From Malacoraja senta (taxonomy: Eukaryota), in NCBI GenBank assembly GCA_038087875.1, contig CM075978.1, forward strand, positions 164,205,802-164,240,000: a DNA stretch of 34,199 nucleotides, in the 5' to 3' direction. Position 1 is the first letter of the stretch. Every line of letters starts with the position of its first letter. The position numbers were made by a program, and so were the translations under genes. Below the pieces are notes generated by a model. It was not told where the DNA came from. It searched no databases and was given only the letters and a program-made list of their open reading frames with translations. Positions 1-10,774 of this stretch are shown one piece after another.

Positions 1-7
1 CCTTTAA

Positions 8-298
8 GTTTAGTTTAGAGATATAGCGCGAAAACAGGCCCTTCGGCCCACTGAGTCCACGCCGACCAGCGATCCCTGTACACTAACACTATCCCAAACA
101 CCAGGGACAAATTACAAGTTATTACCAAAGTTTGCAAGTTTTTATACATCTTTGGAGTGTGGGAGGAAACCGGAGCACCCGGGGAAAACCCATGCCGTCA
201 CGGGGAGAACGTAAAATTTTGAACAGACAACACCTGAAGTCGGGATCGAACCTGGCGCTGTAATGGCTGCAACTCTACCACCATGGCAACGTGCAGCC
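8..298 (-). mobile_element. tRNA-derived V-SINE (HE1-like)
   Basis: Minus strand: tRNA-like head (GGTAGAGTTGCAGCC...GGTTCGATCC B box), V-domain (GTTCTCCCCGTGAC...TTTCCTCCCACACTCCAAAGA), CR1-type tail GGGCCGAAGGGCCTGTTT...CTCTAAACTAAACT. Confidence 0.85.
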
Positions 299-304
299 AC
301 ATTA

Positions 305-575
305 TAGAGTGGTGGAGAGAAACAGCTCCGTCAGCACACTGTCTGTGCTGACCATCAGCCACCCAATTACACTAATACTACATTCATCCCTTTGTTAAAT
401 TCTGCCCGCATTCTGATCAACTCCCTCAATATTCTATCACTCGTGCACACTAGGGACAATTTACAGTCGACATTTAACTTACCAACCTTGGGATGTGGGT
501 GGAAACTGGAGCACCCAGTGGAAACACAGGGAGAACATGCAAACTCCACACAGACGGCACCGCAGATCAGGATAG
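305..575 (-). mobile_element. Degenerate V-SINE
   Basis: Same V-domain core (GTGTGGAGTTTGCATGTTCTCCCTGTG...TTTCCACCCACATCCCAAGG), more diverged. Confidence 0.7.
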
Positions 576-779
576 AAACTCTGCTAGGTGTGATTATGTA
601 GATATTTGTTTAGTAATAGACACATTAATCACACTAATCACACCTATTCCTAAAAATATATCTTAAATAAAAATACTTCAGAAACTACAATTCAATATCT
701 AGTCCCCTTGATCTTTTTTATTTTTTAATGTGTCAGTTATTTCAATGATATCTAAATTTATAGCAGGATCTAGATCAGT

Positions 780-1290
780 TGAGAAGGCAGGCAAAGGAAT
801 AGGAAATTCTGACACGTGAGGTGTTGCACTTTGGTATGTCAACCCTTGGCAAGAGATCTGGGAGTATGGGTGATGCTTCCCTGAAAGTGGCAAGGCAGTG
901 GGCTGGGAATTTGGGAGCATAGGAGGATGAGGGGTGACCTTATTGAAGATTATGAGAGACATGGATAAGGTATTTTTCTGAGGGTCAAGGACTCTAAAAC
1001 TAGAGGGCAAAGACTTAAGGGGAGCGTGGAGTGATTTGAGATGGAAGAGGACCTTAGGGAGATCTTCCTCATGCAGAGAGTAGTCCATATCTGGAATTAG
1101 CTGCCAGAGGATGCTATAGAGGTGGACGTTATTAAGACTTCCAAAAGACATTTGGAGAGATTTATGGATAGGAAGGGTTTGCAGGGATACGTAGTAAATG
1201 CAGGTAAATGGGACTAACCCAGAATGCCATCTTGGTCGACGTGGATAAGGTGGGCTGAATGGCCTGTTTCCACACTGTATAGTTGTGTGA
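780..1290 (+). mobile_element. CR1/HER1-like LINE 3' fragment, degenerate
   Basis: GAGGGGTGACCTTATTGAAG (RGDLIE motif), tail GGGCTGAATGGCCTGTTTCCACACTGTAT. Confidence 0.7.
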
Positions 1291-1547
1291 CTATTTCTCA
1301 GCACCTCATTTCTTCTGGACGTGGCAGCTTTCTAGTACTTCATTCTATTGGCCTTGAGTATATGTGGACAATTCAACAGCAGTGTTAAAACCTACTGTAC
1401 CCTGCACCCTGCTCCATTGTCTTCATACCCAAAACTTTCAATAGTAGTCATTAGCCACACCTCAAGGGAAACTGGCCCTCCCAACCCTTGGTGTGTTTGC
1501 AGGTTGTGGCATCCCTAACTACTACTCAAACAAAGATCAGCTAGATC

Positions 1548-1770
1548 TCTTTATGCCTCGTTCTTACCTTCTCCTCAGCTAACAATTAACCATTTTACAT
1601 TTCCTTGATCAGCATCTGCTTTGATCTGTCATTTTCACACCTCACCCTTCCATATTTCTAGTCTCCCTCTCCCCTGACAGTCTGAAGAAGGGTCTCGACC
1701 CGAAACGTCACTCATTCCTTCTCTCCATAGATGCTACCTGTCCCGCTGAGTCATACCAGCATTTTGTGTC
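1548..1770 (+). mobile_element. Short Penelope-like-derived repeat carrying a hammerhead core
   Basis: Pyrimidine-rich 5' part, then CTGAAGAAGGGTCTCGACCCGAAACGTCAC...AGATGCTACCTGTCCCGCTGAG...CAGCATTTTGTGTC; related copies elsewhere in the window. Confidence 0.7.
1679..1712 (+). ncRNA. Minimal type I hammerhead ribozyme motif
   Basis: AGT-CTGAAGA-A-GGGT(CTCG)ACCC-GAAAC-GTC-ACT: intact CUGAnGA and GAAA core, stem II, 3-bp stem I, palindromic ACGU stem III, GUC cleavage triplet. Confidence 0.65.
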
Positions 1771-1865
1771 GAACAGCTAAATCTAGATCGGATAAGTACA
1801 AACTGGAAACTCCACAGCTGTAATTTCTACATGGTGAAATCAAAATATATTAAAATGGCCTTTAT

Positions 1866-3026
1866 CCTAATTTTATGTATTATTATTGGTCAGTAAATAT
1901 TAAAAACATGATTCAACTGATGGATAACTCCGCCCAGCAAGTAGACTGGATTGTAATGGAGAAAGAGGATTGCTCCTCTAGAAACATTGGAGCGATCCTC
2001 CTCTCTCCAATGAAATTGAATAACATAAACTATAATAAGAACCCAATTATTCATAGTACAATCCGTATTTGGAAACAAATAAAACAAAATTTAAAATTAA
2101 GAAACTTATCACTTTTATTACCTATAGTCAATAACCCTTCGTTTAGTCCTTCTATTATAGATAAAGCTTATACACAATGGGATAGACTAGGAATTAAAAC
2201 GCTTGGTGACTTGTATGAAACTGGAAAACTACTTTCATTTCAACAATTACAAATAAAATATAAACTCGGAAATAATCAATATTTTAAATACTTTCAAATA
2301 TGCGACTATTTGAAAAAATATACAAAAGATCATCATAATAACCCAGCAGATGTACTGGACGAGGCAATGCAGATAAAAGCGGAATCAGCAAACTTAATAT
2401 CATATTTGTACAATATTATCTTAAATGCACAAATACCATCTACGGAGGGTATCAGAAGAGACTGGGAACAAGAGTTAGCTATTAAAATTTCAAAGGAAAG
2501 TTGGAATGAATACTTATTAAAAGTGCATAAATGCTCGATTAATGTAAGACACACTTTAATACAATTTAAAATTTTACATAGATTATATTATTCGAAAACT
2601 AAATATCATAAAATTTTCCCAAACGTATCATCTATTTGTGATAAATGTCAATCCCAAGAAGCAACTATAGCGCACTCATTTGTCTTCTGTACAAAAATTC
2701 AAAAATTTTGGAATGAAATTTTTGAAATCTTTACAAAGTTATTTAAAACAAGACTGATACCCAAAGCAGAATGGATTATCTTCGGAATAACGGAAGATGA
2801 TCCAGAACTAAATGTGTTTCAAAAGAAATTAATGGATTATGGGTTAATAACTGGAAAAAAGCTAATTCTAAAATTTTGGAAGAAGGCTCCAATACCAACT
2901 ATAAATATGTGGATTTCAAATATGTTTGAAACATTACACCTTGAAGAGATAAGACTCCTCCTAGCAGGTAAACCAGATCACTTCCACCTGACGTGGTCTG
3001 CATTTATAGAATTATTACAAACATAG
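1866..3026 (+). pseudogene. L1 ORF2 C-terminal fragment (zf-RVT / CCHC region)
   Basis: Uninterrupted frame PNFMYYYW...QFKILHRLYYS...CDKC-x8-H-x4-C...FW...W; no EN or RT domain. Confidence 0.85.
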
Positions 3027-3439
3027 GGTGCAAAAGTACTTTAAAAAAATAAAAAATTGAGGTCGGGTAAGGGGGGATGATAGTTGAAGAGTTGGTATGT
3101 CCTATTTACGTGATGCTCAAAAAAAAAAAAAAACATTTGTTTCTCTTTTTTTCTCTTTCTCTTTTCTTTTCTTAGGGCCTATTTCTTAACTCTTTTTCTT
3201 TTTGTTTTTAATTTCGCTCTTATAGGGTCTTCGTCCTTTTTTGTTGTTACATTTTCTACACTTTTCTACACTTGCACTTTTTCCTTCACTTTCTTCTCTC
3301 TTTCAATCTTTTCTTTCTCTAGTGTAAAAAAATAAATAAAGGGAGTACATTAATTGTAAGAAGATATAAATGACGAGTATTAATGTACGTGGTTGTAATG
3401 TAATGTACTTCTAATAAATAAAAATTTAAAAAATAAAAA
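1866..3439 (+). mobile_element. 5'-truncated L1-clade LINE with 15-bp TSD
   Basis: TSD TAAAATGGCCTTTAT at 1851-1865 and 3440-3454; T-rich 3' UTR, AATAAA and A-rich tail. Confidence 0.9.
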
Positions 3440-3522
3440 TAAAATGGCCTTTATTAAAATCTGACAATGTGTATTTTAACCACATGTGATTTTTTTCTAT
3501 TACAAATCTCAAATTGTGGAGT

Positions 3523-3775
3523 AGATTAGATAGCCCTTTATTGTCATTCAGACCGAAGTCTGAACGAAATTGCAACAGTCATACATAAAACAACAATAAA
3601 CACATATTAACATCCACCACAGTGAGTCCACCCAACATCTCCTCACTGTGATGGAGGCAAAAGTCTTAGGTCTGCAGTCTCTTCCCTCCTCTTCTCCCTC
3701 TGCGCTGAGGCGATACCCCCCGGGCGATGTTTCCCGCGGCTCAAACACCGCGGCCCGGGGTGGTCGAAGCTGCCG
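3523..3775 (-). mobile_element. Rex1/Babar-type non-autonomous retroposon 3' fragment
   Basis: Plus strand GATTAGATAGCCCTTTATTGTCATTCAGACC...GAAATTGCAACAG (polyA signal plus microsatellite tail), GC-rich body, GTA at both sides. Confidence 0.55.
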
Positions 3776-4251
3776 TACAGGGGCAAATAAATAAATTATG
3801 GGTCTTTGTCCAAGACATTATGGAGGGCACTGTATGCTGCATCAAATTAGGTCTTTACTTAGATGGTCAGGATACAATTCTCTTAATACTAAGAATGCAA
3901 AAGGAGAAATACACTGGTCAGTCAGAAGCTGATGATAACATTATATATAATCATATAAACATCCCACTGTGATTTGAAATAATAATAGTAAAGGAATGCA
4001 ATTTCAAGGTTCCCAGATCTGGATCTTAGTAAAAAAGCCATTTTTTTAATTGGTGGAAAACAGAGCAATTCTTTACACAATATAATGTTCTATTGTTACT
4101 TTATTATGTTATATTCGTACCTTTAAATGTTCAACTATTTGAAAATGATTACACTGTTTATGTATAAATAGAGGTAGGAATGCTTTATGTTGTGGATAAA
4201 GAATGTTATGTTTTTCAAATGATTTAAATCATTTACCTATTTATATTCCAG

Positions 4252-4426
4252 ATGATAATGGCCTTAATCCAGTGTGGTCAGGGGCAACTGAAGAGCCACA
4301 TAAGGAATTTATCATCCAAGATCCCTCTTTTAGCTTTTCTCCGATTGTGGTGTGTATGAAGAGGACATGTTCAGTGATCCAAACTTCTTGGCTCATGCCA
4401 CTTTCCCGTCAAAGGAATCAAAACGG
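4252..4426 (+). CDS. PLCG2: Phospholipase C gamma 2, C2-domain exon (contains apparent frameshifts)
   Basis: ttccag|AT GAT AAT GGC...ACG G|gttagt; DNGLNPVW...[35 protein letters not shown] matches recalled PLCG2 DNGLSPIW...[36 protein letters not shown]; 175 nt, net +1. Confidence 0.9.
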
Positions 4427-4940
4427 GTTAGTTTTTACAGATCAGAATATTGTGGTTAAAGATATTTTAAGTTCAGCATTATCCTGTAAATGTGGTTTAG
4501 CCAATTACAAAGGCAGGGGACATGCTAGGTTCATTCTAGCAGAAAAATAAGTTGGTAAATGTGCAATTAATTTCTAGAAGCCAAAAAGCTTCCCATGTGT
4601 GTACCACGATTCTTAGAATGGATAATCGGCCTTTAATTACGGATCCGAACATGTGTAGGAAAGTCCCATCTGGTGGCCATTGCTTGCGCACATGGATATC
4701 ACTAGTGACCAAAGACAAATCTTCCCGAATGCTGGAAACACTCAGCAGATCAGGTAGCATCCGTGGAAAGCGGTCAGGTCACCTTGCCTGAGGTCATCTG
4801 TTGCCAGTCCTGATATGTCCTGGTCTTTTCTCGCTTTAGCTCTGGGTCATAATGAAATGATTTAGGAGCAATGTGTGACTGAAGGATGATTTGAGGTTTC
4901 ATTGTAATGTTCCTCCTGATATTAGAAAGATACAGTATAT

Positions 4941-5100
4941 AGACACAAAAAGCTGAGTAACTCAGCTCTCAGCTTGGATCTATAGAGAAAAGGAATAGGT
5001 GACGTTTTGTGTCGAGACCCTTCTTCAGACCCAAAACGTCAACTACTCCTTTTCTGTTTCTATCTTTGGTGTAAATCAGCATCTGCAGTTCCTTCCCCCA
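4941..5100. mobile_element. Inverted pair of hammerhead-type short repeats, degenerate
   Basis: Minus strand CTGAAGAAGGGTCTCGACACAAAACGTCACC joined to plus-strand GACCCAAAACGTCAAC...CAGCATCTGCAGTTCC. Confidence 0.6.
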
Positions 5101-5509
5101 CATTTGGAAAGATATATAAACCGAGTATAGTTCCAGTTTGTCATCCACTTTAATTGGATTTAGTAAAGGTTCATGTATACTCATGAGGAACAAACCTCCA
5201 GACAGTTAAAAGTTTTTGTTGTCTATATGTGAGTTAATGTTTGCAATATCACAGATTTAATTCTGACTATACATAGACTTGCCACAGCCTCCAGTATGCA
5301 ACATAAATTTAATTTATGTATCAGAATGTTTAATATAAAATAAGCTATGAAACATCTGCACATTTTATGGCTATCTATAAATCATCTGTTAATAAAGCAA
5401 GTATGAAAAATCTAATCTTTAATTGTCATCTTTCAAAAGGACCATTATCTTTATTGCATATACTTATCTAATTAATGATTAGTAATGTATTTAATTAACA
5501 GAGCCTGTG

Positions 5510-5780
5510 ACAGCGATGGCCAGTCACTAGTGTATAGTGATTTTGTCACCGGGTTGGGAATCTGGATGACTAGATTAATGGTCCATGATGGCGTTTGATA
5601 AATTTAATCCCACCCTACCAGCTAAGGGATTTAAATTCAAGAACATGAATAAAAAACAGCTGGTTACCAGTAATGGTGGCTTATGTTCTTTAATAATACC
5701 TTTCAAGAATGAAAATCTGCCATGCTTCCCTGGTCTGACCTATATGTGACTCCAGGTCCATTGCAACATCGTTGACTCTC
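5510..5780 (+). mobile_element. Deu-domain SINE (SacSINE1-like), old, interrupted by younger elements
   Basis: GAAAATCTGCCATGCTTCCCTGGTCTGACCTATATGTGACTCCAGGTCCA...GTTGACTCT; resumes near 6201 (GATGGCCTAGCA). Confidence 0.55.
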
Positions 5781-5782
5781 AT

Positions 5783-6066
5783 GGGCGCCAGAGTGGTAGA
5801 GTGCTGCCTTTCAGCGCCAGAGACCAGGGTTCGATCCCGACTACATGTGCTGTCAGCACGGAGAATGCACATGCTCCCACGTGACCGCGTGTGTTTCTCC
5901 GAGGCTCCAGTTTCCTCCCACTTTGCAAGACGTACAGATTGTATGTTAATAGGCTTCTGTAAATTGTCCCTAGAGTGTAGGATAGAACAAGTGCATGGGG
6001 TGATTGTTGGTGGGTGCAGACTTGGTAGGACAAAGAGCCTGTTTCCACGCTGTGTCTCTAAGTCCT
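5783..6066 (+). mobile_element. V-SINE (HE1-like)
   Basis: GTGGTAGAGTGCTGCC...GGTTCGATCCCG head, V-domain, tail GCCTGTTTCCACGCTGTGTCTCTAAAG. Confidence 0.8.
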
Positions 6067-6074
6067 AGAACTTA

Positions 6075-6196
6075 TGAACTGCAGATGCTGGAATCTTGTG
6101 TAGGACACCAACTATCTGCTGGAGTAACTCAGCGTCAGGCAGCATCTCTGGAGGACATATATAGGTGACGTTTGGATCATGACCCTTCTTCTGACT
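6075..6196 (-). mobile_element. Hammerhead-type short repeat, degenerate
   Basis: Minus strand AGTCAGAAGAAGGGTCATGATCCAAACGTCACC...AGATGCTGCCTGAC; core mutated. Confidence 0.6.
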
Positions 6197-7998
6197 ATGT
6201 CTGGATGGCCTAGCATTCAACAAATATTTTAACATCTCCACTGCAGCTAAGCCCAGTAATTTACATTTACAGTTTTGCTATTCATTTCAACCATGTTCCC
6301 ATGGAAGTAACATTTCCAGAGACAACCCAGGATTCCTTTGATCAAGAAGTTGCATTTTATTGGTGCTGTTTGTGAGAATAATGTGCCACGGAAATACAAG
6401 ACTGTAAATTCACATGTGTTAATATCTCAGAATTCTAAGAGGATTGTTGAGACAGGCTCTAGGATTGTGAGGAAACATTTGGCCATCTCCCCTCAATATC
6501 CACAGTTACCTCAGACATGAGTGTATGCTGTTATTTTACCACGATGTATCATTCTTTTTGCAAAATAGCTTTAAGATTTTGATTTCAAATTCACCTAGTC
6601 ATCACCATTTGAATAATTTCACGTGAAAAATATGTTAAAATCTTTTAGGAGCTGAAGTTAGCAATGTTACAAAATTTTGAGATTTAAAAAATCAAGTCTA
6701 ATTTATCCCATGAGATAAAGCATAAAAAGACGTTTAATTTGACACCTAATTCACTTTCATATCTTCAGTACTAAAAAGTTATGGCCATTTTCATACTCGG
6801 AAATTAGCATCTTGTTCCTATTGCTTTTCCATTGACTTAACACAAATGCTGTGATCAAGGACAGTCCAAAGCCCATAACTTTCTTAAAAATTAAGAGAAC
6901 TGAAATAAATTTTCAGTTATTATAGATTGAAGCATTCTGAAACAAATATGAAACAACCTTACTTAGATGACATGAAATTAAAGTATATAATTAGTTAGTT
7001 ACCTAATTGTACCTAATTACAAAATTCAATTACTAGATCTAAACATCTATCAATTTCTTAAGAATAGATTAACATTTTTAAATAGCCTAAGTGTCCAAAT
7101 AACATTCACACAAGAATTCACAATATAACATAATTTTTAAATCTCATTGTCATGGATTTACAGGCCAAATTGAAGGAATTGAATGTTTAATACCTGTAAA
7201 TTAATGGCCATTTAAATCATCTTGCGAGTGAGGTTTTCTGGAACGCGATCATTTGGAACGTTGATTTGCGGTGAATTTAACCCCATATCGGCATGAAAAA
7301 TTCTGCCGTTAGTTCGGGTAAAAGAATCACCGTTTCGCATTACAAAATATGAATTAAAGGCTTCTTAAGAAGCACATTTATACAAAAAAATAAACTACTT
7401 TCGTTTACCTGTACCGTGTGTGAAATCTGTCCCCGTTGTCAGCGTTGACGGCTTTCAAAGCTGATTTTAAAATAACTCCAGCGCTGACATTGTCGATTTA
7501 ATATAAATAAAAAATACACAAAACCCCCGTAGGAACGATTTTTCAGCAAACGCTTGTACTCCAACGAAATATAATACAGGACAAGGTAGAAGAAACCCGC
7601 GTTTTAACCCCACCCCCCCCCTTAAAGGCGCCAAAATCACGCACACGGCCAGTGGCAGAATTGCAGCGCCGCTGAAGGTAAGTATTGTAACATACCTACT
7701 AGATCTAAACATCTATCAATTTCTTAAGAATAGATTAACATTTTTAAATAGCCTAAAAGCCCTGTCTCACGGTGCGAGTTGACCCACGAGGTACCCCGAG
7801 TGAAAGACTCGTGGTTGTGTACGAGATTCCAAGTGTATGATCAAGAGTTTAACCGTTCCCACGGGTATGACTACGTTTGCCGTTAACTTGTCATTTCTGC
7901 GATGTTCCAAGTTCGTCTCCCGAGTTATCAAGTTCCTCTCCCGAGTTACTCTTGAGCCAAACGTGAATGAAGGTCTGTTTTAATAAGCAACAGTGTTA

Positions 7999-8093
7999 CT
8001 GAAGAAGGGTTTCGACCCGAAACGTCGCATATCTCTTCTCTCCGTAGGTGCTGCCTCACCTGCTGAGTTTCTCAAGCATTTTTTGTCTGCCTT
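7999..8093 (+). ncRNA. Hammerhead-core repeat inside the Harbinger
   Basis: CTGAAGA-A-GGGT(TTCG)ACCC-GAAAC-GTC; intact core with UUCG-capped stem II, weak stem I; followed by the family's 3' body. Confidence 0.55.
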
Positions 8094-8306
8094 TGCATAT
8101 TTACAAGCCTTGTTACCATTGTTTTTAAACAAAACAATATTCATGCTCAACATTATCCAAGTACGTTCACTGTACTTCCTATACTGTAATAGACTTTGGA
8201 ACCTCCTGAGTTTGTGATGGGCGCTATTTAAATACAGGGATGTCTTTTCATTGCTGGACGTTTTTCCCTGTAACATATTTAATAGAATTTAAACTTTATA
8301 ATTAAA

Positions 8307-10774
8307 CTATTCGCATCCGCATATAAAATGTGAATTAAGCCGCCGTTTCAACGGTAGATGGGAGGATGGTCCTTGTAATCTCGCCGGCAGAGGTAGATAG
8401 ATAGATAGATAAACATTTATTGTCACATACACCAATTGGTGTAGTGAAATTTGACTTGCCATGCAGCACACAAATAAAGATAACATCAAAGAATTTAACA
8501 ATAACATAAAAACATCCCCCCACAATGGTTCCCACTGTGGGGGAAGGCAGCAAAGTCCAGTCCCATCCCCAGTTCACCCACAGTCGGGGCCTATTGAGGC
8601 CTCTGTAGTCGCCGATACGGCAGCCCGATGCCTCAGGCCCTCTCACCGGATGATGGAGCTCTGGTGTCGGGTGAACACTCTCAGCGGCCCGGAGTGTCTG
8701 GAGCGGCCGCTACCTCCCAGGAGACCACGGCTCCCGAAGTCCACGAGCCGCGCTGGTCGATGCTCCGACTCTGGCGACCTCGTCGTGAGATCCCAGGCTC
8801 CGCGGTGTTTAGGGTTCAGCGCCGCCCGCGGCTGGAAGCTCTGCAGACCGCTGACCGCAGACCACAGCACTCCGGAGCTTGCTGCACGGCGACCCGGGTT
8901 AGGCATCGCCCGCTCCGCGATGGTGCTTCAGCGCTGTGCCGCCGCCGAAGCTGAAGTCCTGGCTGGTCCCGGCAGGAAAACGCCGCTCCAGTCTGCCCGT
9001 AGGCCGCGAAGAAGGGGCGAAGATACGGCTCGGAGAAAAGCCGCAACTCAGGTAACGGGAATCCGCGTGGTTTGTCTTGGGTACGTGGGGTGGTGAGAGG
9101 GAATACCGTGGGTTCTACCATTGGCACCGAGGTCACCACATCTTGGAGAGTCGGCTTGGTCAGAACGAACGTCCTTTGAGTAACAATCTTATGCCCGGTA
9201 CCCTTCATGGGTTTCCGAAGCCTCCGGAGTACATCCCTTTGACTATTGAACCCGAAAAGCCTATCCAAAGGGATCTTTCCACGAACAGACTTGTGGGGCT
9301 GGCTGGTAGGCTGGATAGTGGTTGGAGTATATGTTGAAGAGCAGATAATTTGGGGTTGACTTTCTGTAGGTCTCTTGATAGCTAGTAAGGTAGGGTTGGG
9401 GCTGGTGCCTGGACTGGTCGCCGGGGGTTGTGTCGTGGTTTTCCAAGTGGGGGCTTGTGTGTTGCTATCGGGACTGATTGCCCGATCATCTTCCTCCAAG
9501 GGACCTCTGCCAAACTGGATCTGTGGCTGAGGGGGAACTCCGGCATTCTCCATCGGTGCTATCTCAGTCTGTGTGGGAAGGGACAGTGGGAACGGGAGTC
9601 GCAGTGGGACCTCGGTGATAGCGGAGTTGCGATGTGACTGTGTCAGTGCCGACCCGCCGTGTCTCCGCCGACACGGTCTCACAATGCTATACCAGTGTTT
9701 GTTAACATCTGGCCAGCCGTATCGACGCCTGTATGGCTGTTTCCGTCTTTGTCCCCAAAGCCTTGGTTTGGAAACTGAGGCGTCGGTGACAGTGTGGCTC
9801 CGCTGGCTGACAGTGGTGGATAGCAAAGGGGTTGGAGAGTCGGTGGCTTTCTGCCTGGGCTCAAGCGGGACTTGATGACCAAGGTCTTTGGTGGTCATAG
9901 GGTGATGGTGGCCGCCACTGATGGTCACGCTCCCGCCTTTATAGACCTCCACTTGTGTTGTATGTTCTCCTGGTGGGATTAAATCTGCCTGTGGCGTGGG
10001 CATCTGCATTGTGGCTGGGGTAGGTGCATGGGTAACATGAAGATCCAAAATATCATCGGAGAACGTCATTTGCCCTTCAGCATTGGGTTGTTGGGGAGTT
10101 ACAGTTGGGGCTTTGACACCTCCCGGTCTCCTTTTATCAATGGAATCTGTAGGCACAGGATGCAGACTGGGGTATGTGGACACCTGGCTCATTGGAAACG
10201 TTGTCTCCCTTTCGTTAGGTGGTGTGGTCTGTACCAGCATTGGAGACTGTGCCACCACTGGCGCTCCATTCGCATGGGGATCCTTTGGCCTTATGCGAGG
10301 AGATACCAATGTGATTGGAACCTCTCGTGGCCGCCTGGTGGTCACCGCGATGAATTCCTCGTCCACTGGGCTATCCTGGTCGTCTCCCGACGCTTCCCTT
10401 CCCTCCACAGATGCCTGGGAACCCCACTGAGGTTTATCTGTGATTCCTCGCGTTGTTGTTGTTGGCTTGGCTGTGGCGTTCTTCCTGGCTCTTTCCAGAT
10501 ACTCAGCCCAATGCTTGGGATCAACTTTTCTGGGCTACTTCAACGTCCTCCGGTTGGCCCACCAGCGAGCTCGGGATCTCCCGCCGCCACTGGTTCTTCT
10601 CCTGGGTGCCACCGCTGCCGTTGGTGGCTGCGTCCTGGGTTCTGGAGTGGTGGCTTGGTCTGGTTTATAATCTGGCATGTTCTCCGAGGCAGACTGGCTG
10701 TGGTTTCTCCCCGCTTCTTCAAACTCCAGTGACTCTTCCTCACTCATTTTATGAATTAAAGCAAAATAGATCAT
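8307..10774 (-). pseudogene. Captured fragment of an IGSF10/MXRA5-family gene (Thr/Pro-rich middle region), split by a retroposon
   Basis: ORFs 10774-10535, 10408-9050 and 8390-8307 join in one frame (one TAG at 10537-10535); motifs RKVDPKHWAEYLERARKNA, EASG...DEEF, KHWYSIVR, RGKIPLDRLFG...LRRLRKP resemble recalled IGSF10. Confidence 0.7.
8396..9049 (-). mobile_element. GC-rich non-autonomous retroposon (Rex1/Babar-type tail)
   Basis: (GATA)n tail plus TTTATT at the left, GAAATTTGACTTGCCATGCAGC, TSD AGGTA at 8391-8395 and 9050-9054. Confidence 0.75.

Larger units (their letters stand above)
1790..3834. mobile_element. Tc1/mariner-like non-autonomous element remnant (host of the L1 and Rex-type insertions)
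   Basis: Ends ACATTATGGAGGGCACTG|TA (Tc1-type CAGTG terminus plus TA); sequence is continuous once the two insertions are removed; other terminus not found. Confidence 0.5.

Noticed and set aside
699-1304. 201-aa minus-strand ORF
   Set aside because: Antisense to a decayed CR1 tail
5783-5845. tRNA-like sequences (also ~240-298, ~12580-12650, ~19695-19755)
   Set aside because: SINE heads followed by a V-domain, not tRNA genes
8461-9096. 211-aa and overlapping GC-rich ORFs
   Set aside because: Lie within a GC-rich retroposon; no domain motifs
8816-10408. 530-aa ORF as Harbinger transposase/Myb protein or viral glycoprotein
   Set aside because: No DDE or Trp-repeat Myb motifs, no signal peptide or TM; ordered motifs fit IGSF10
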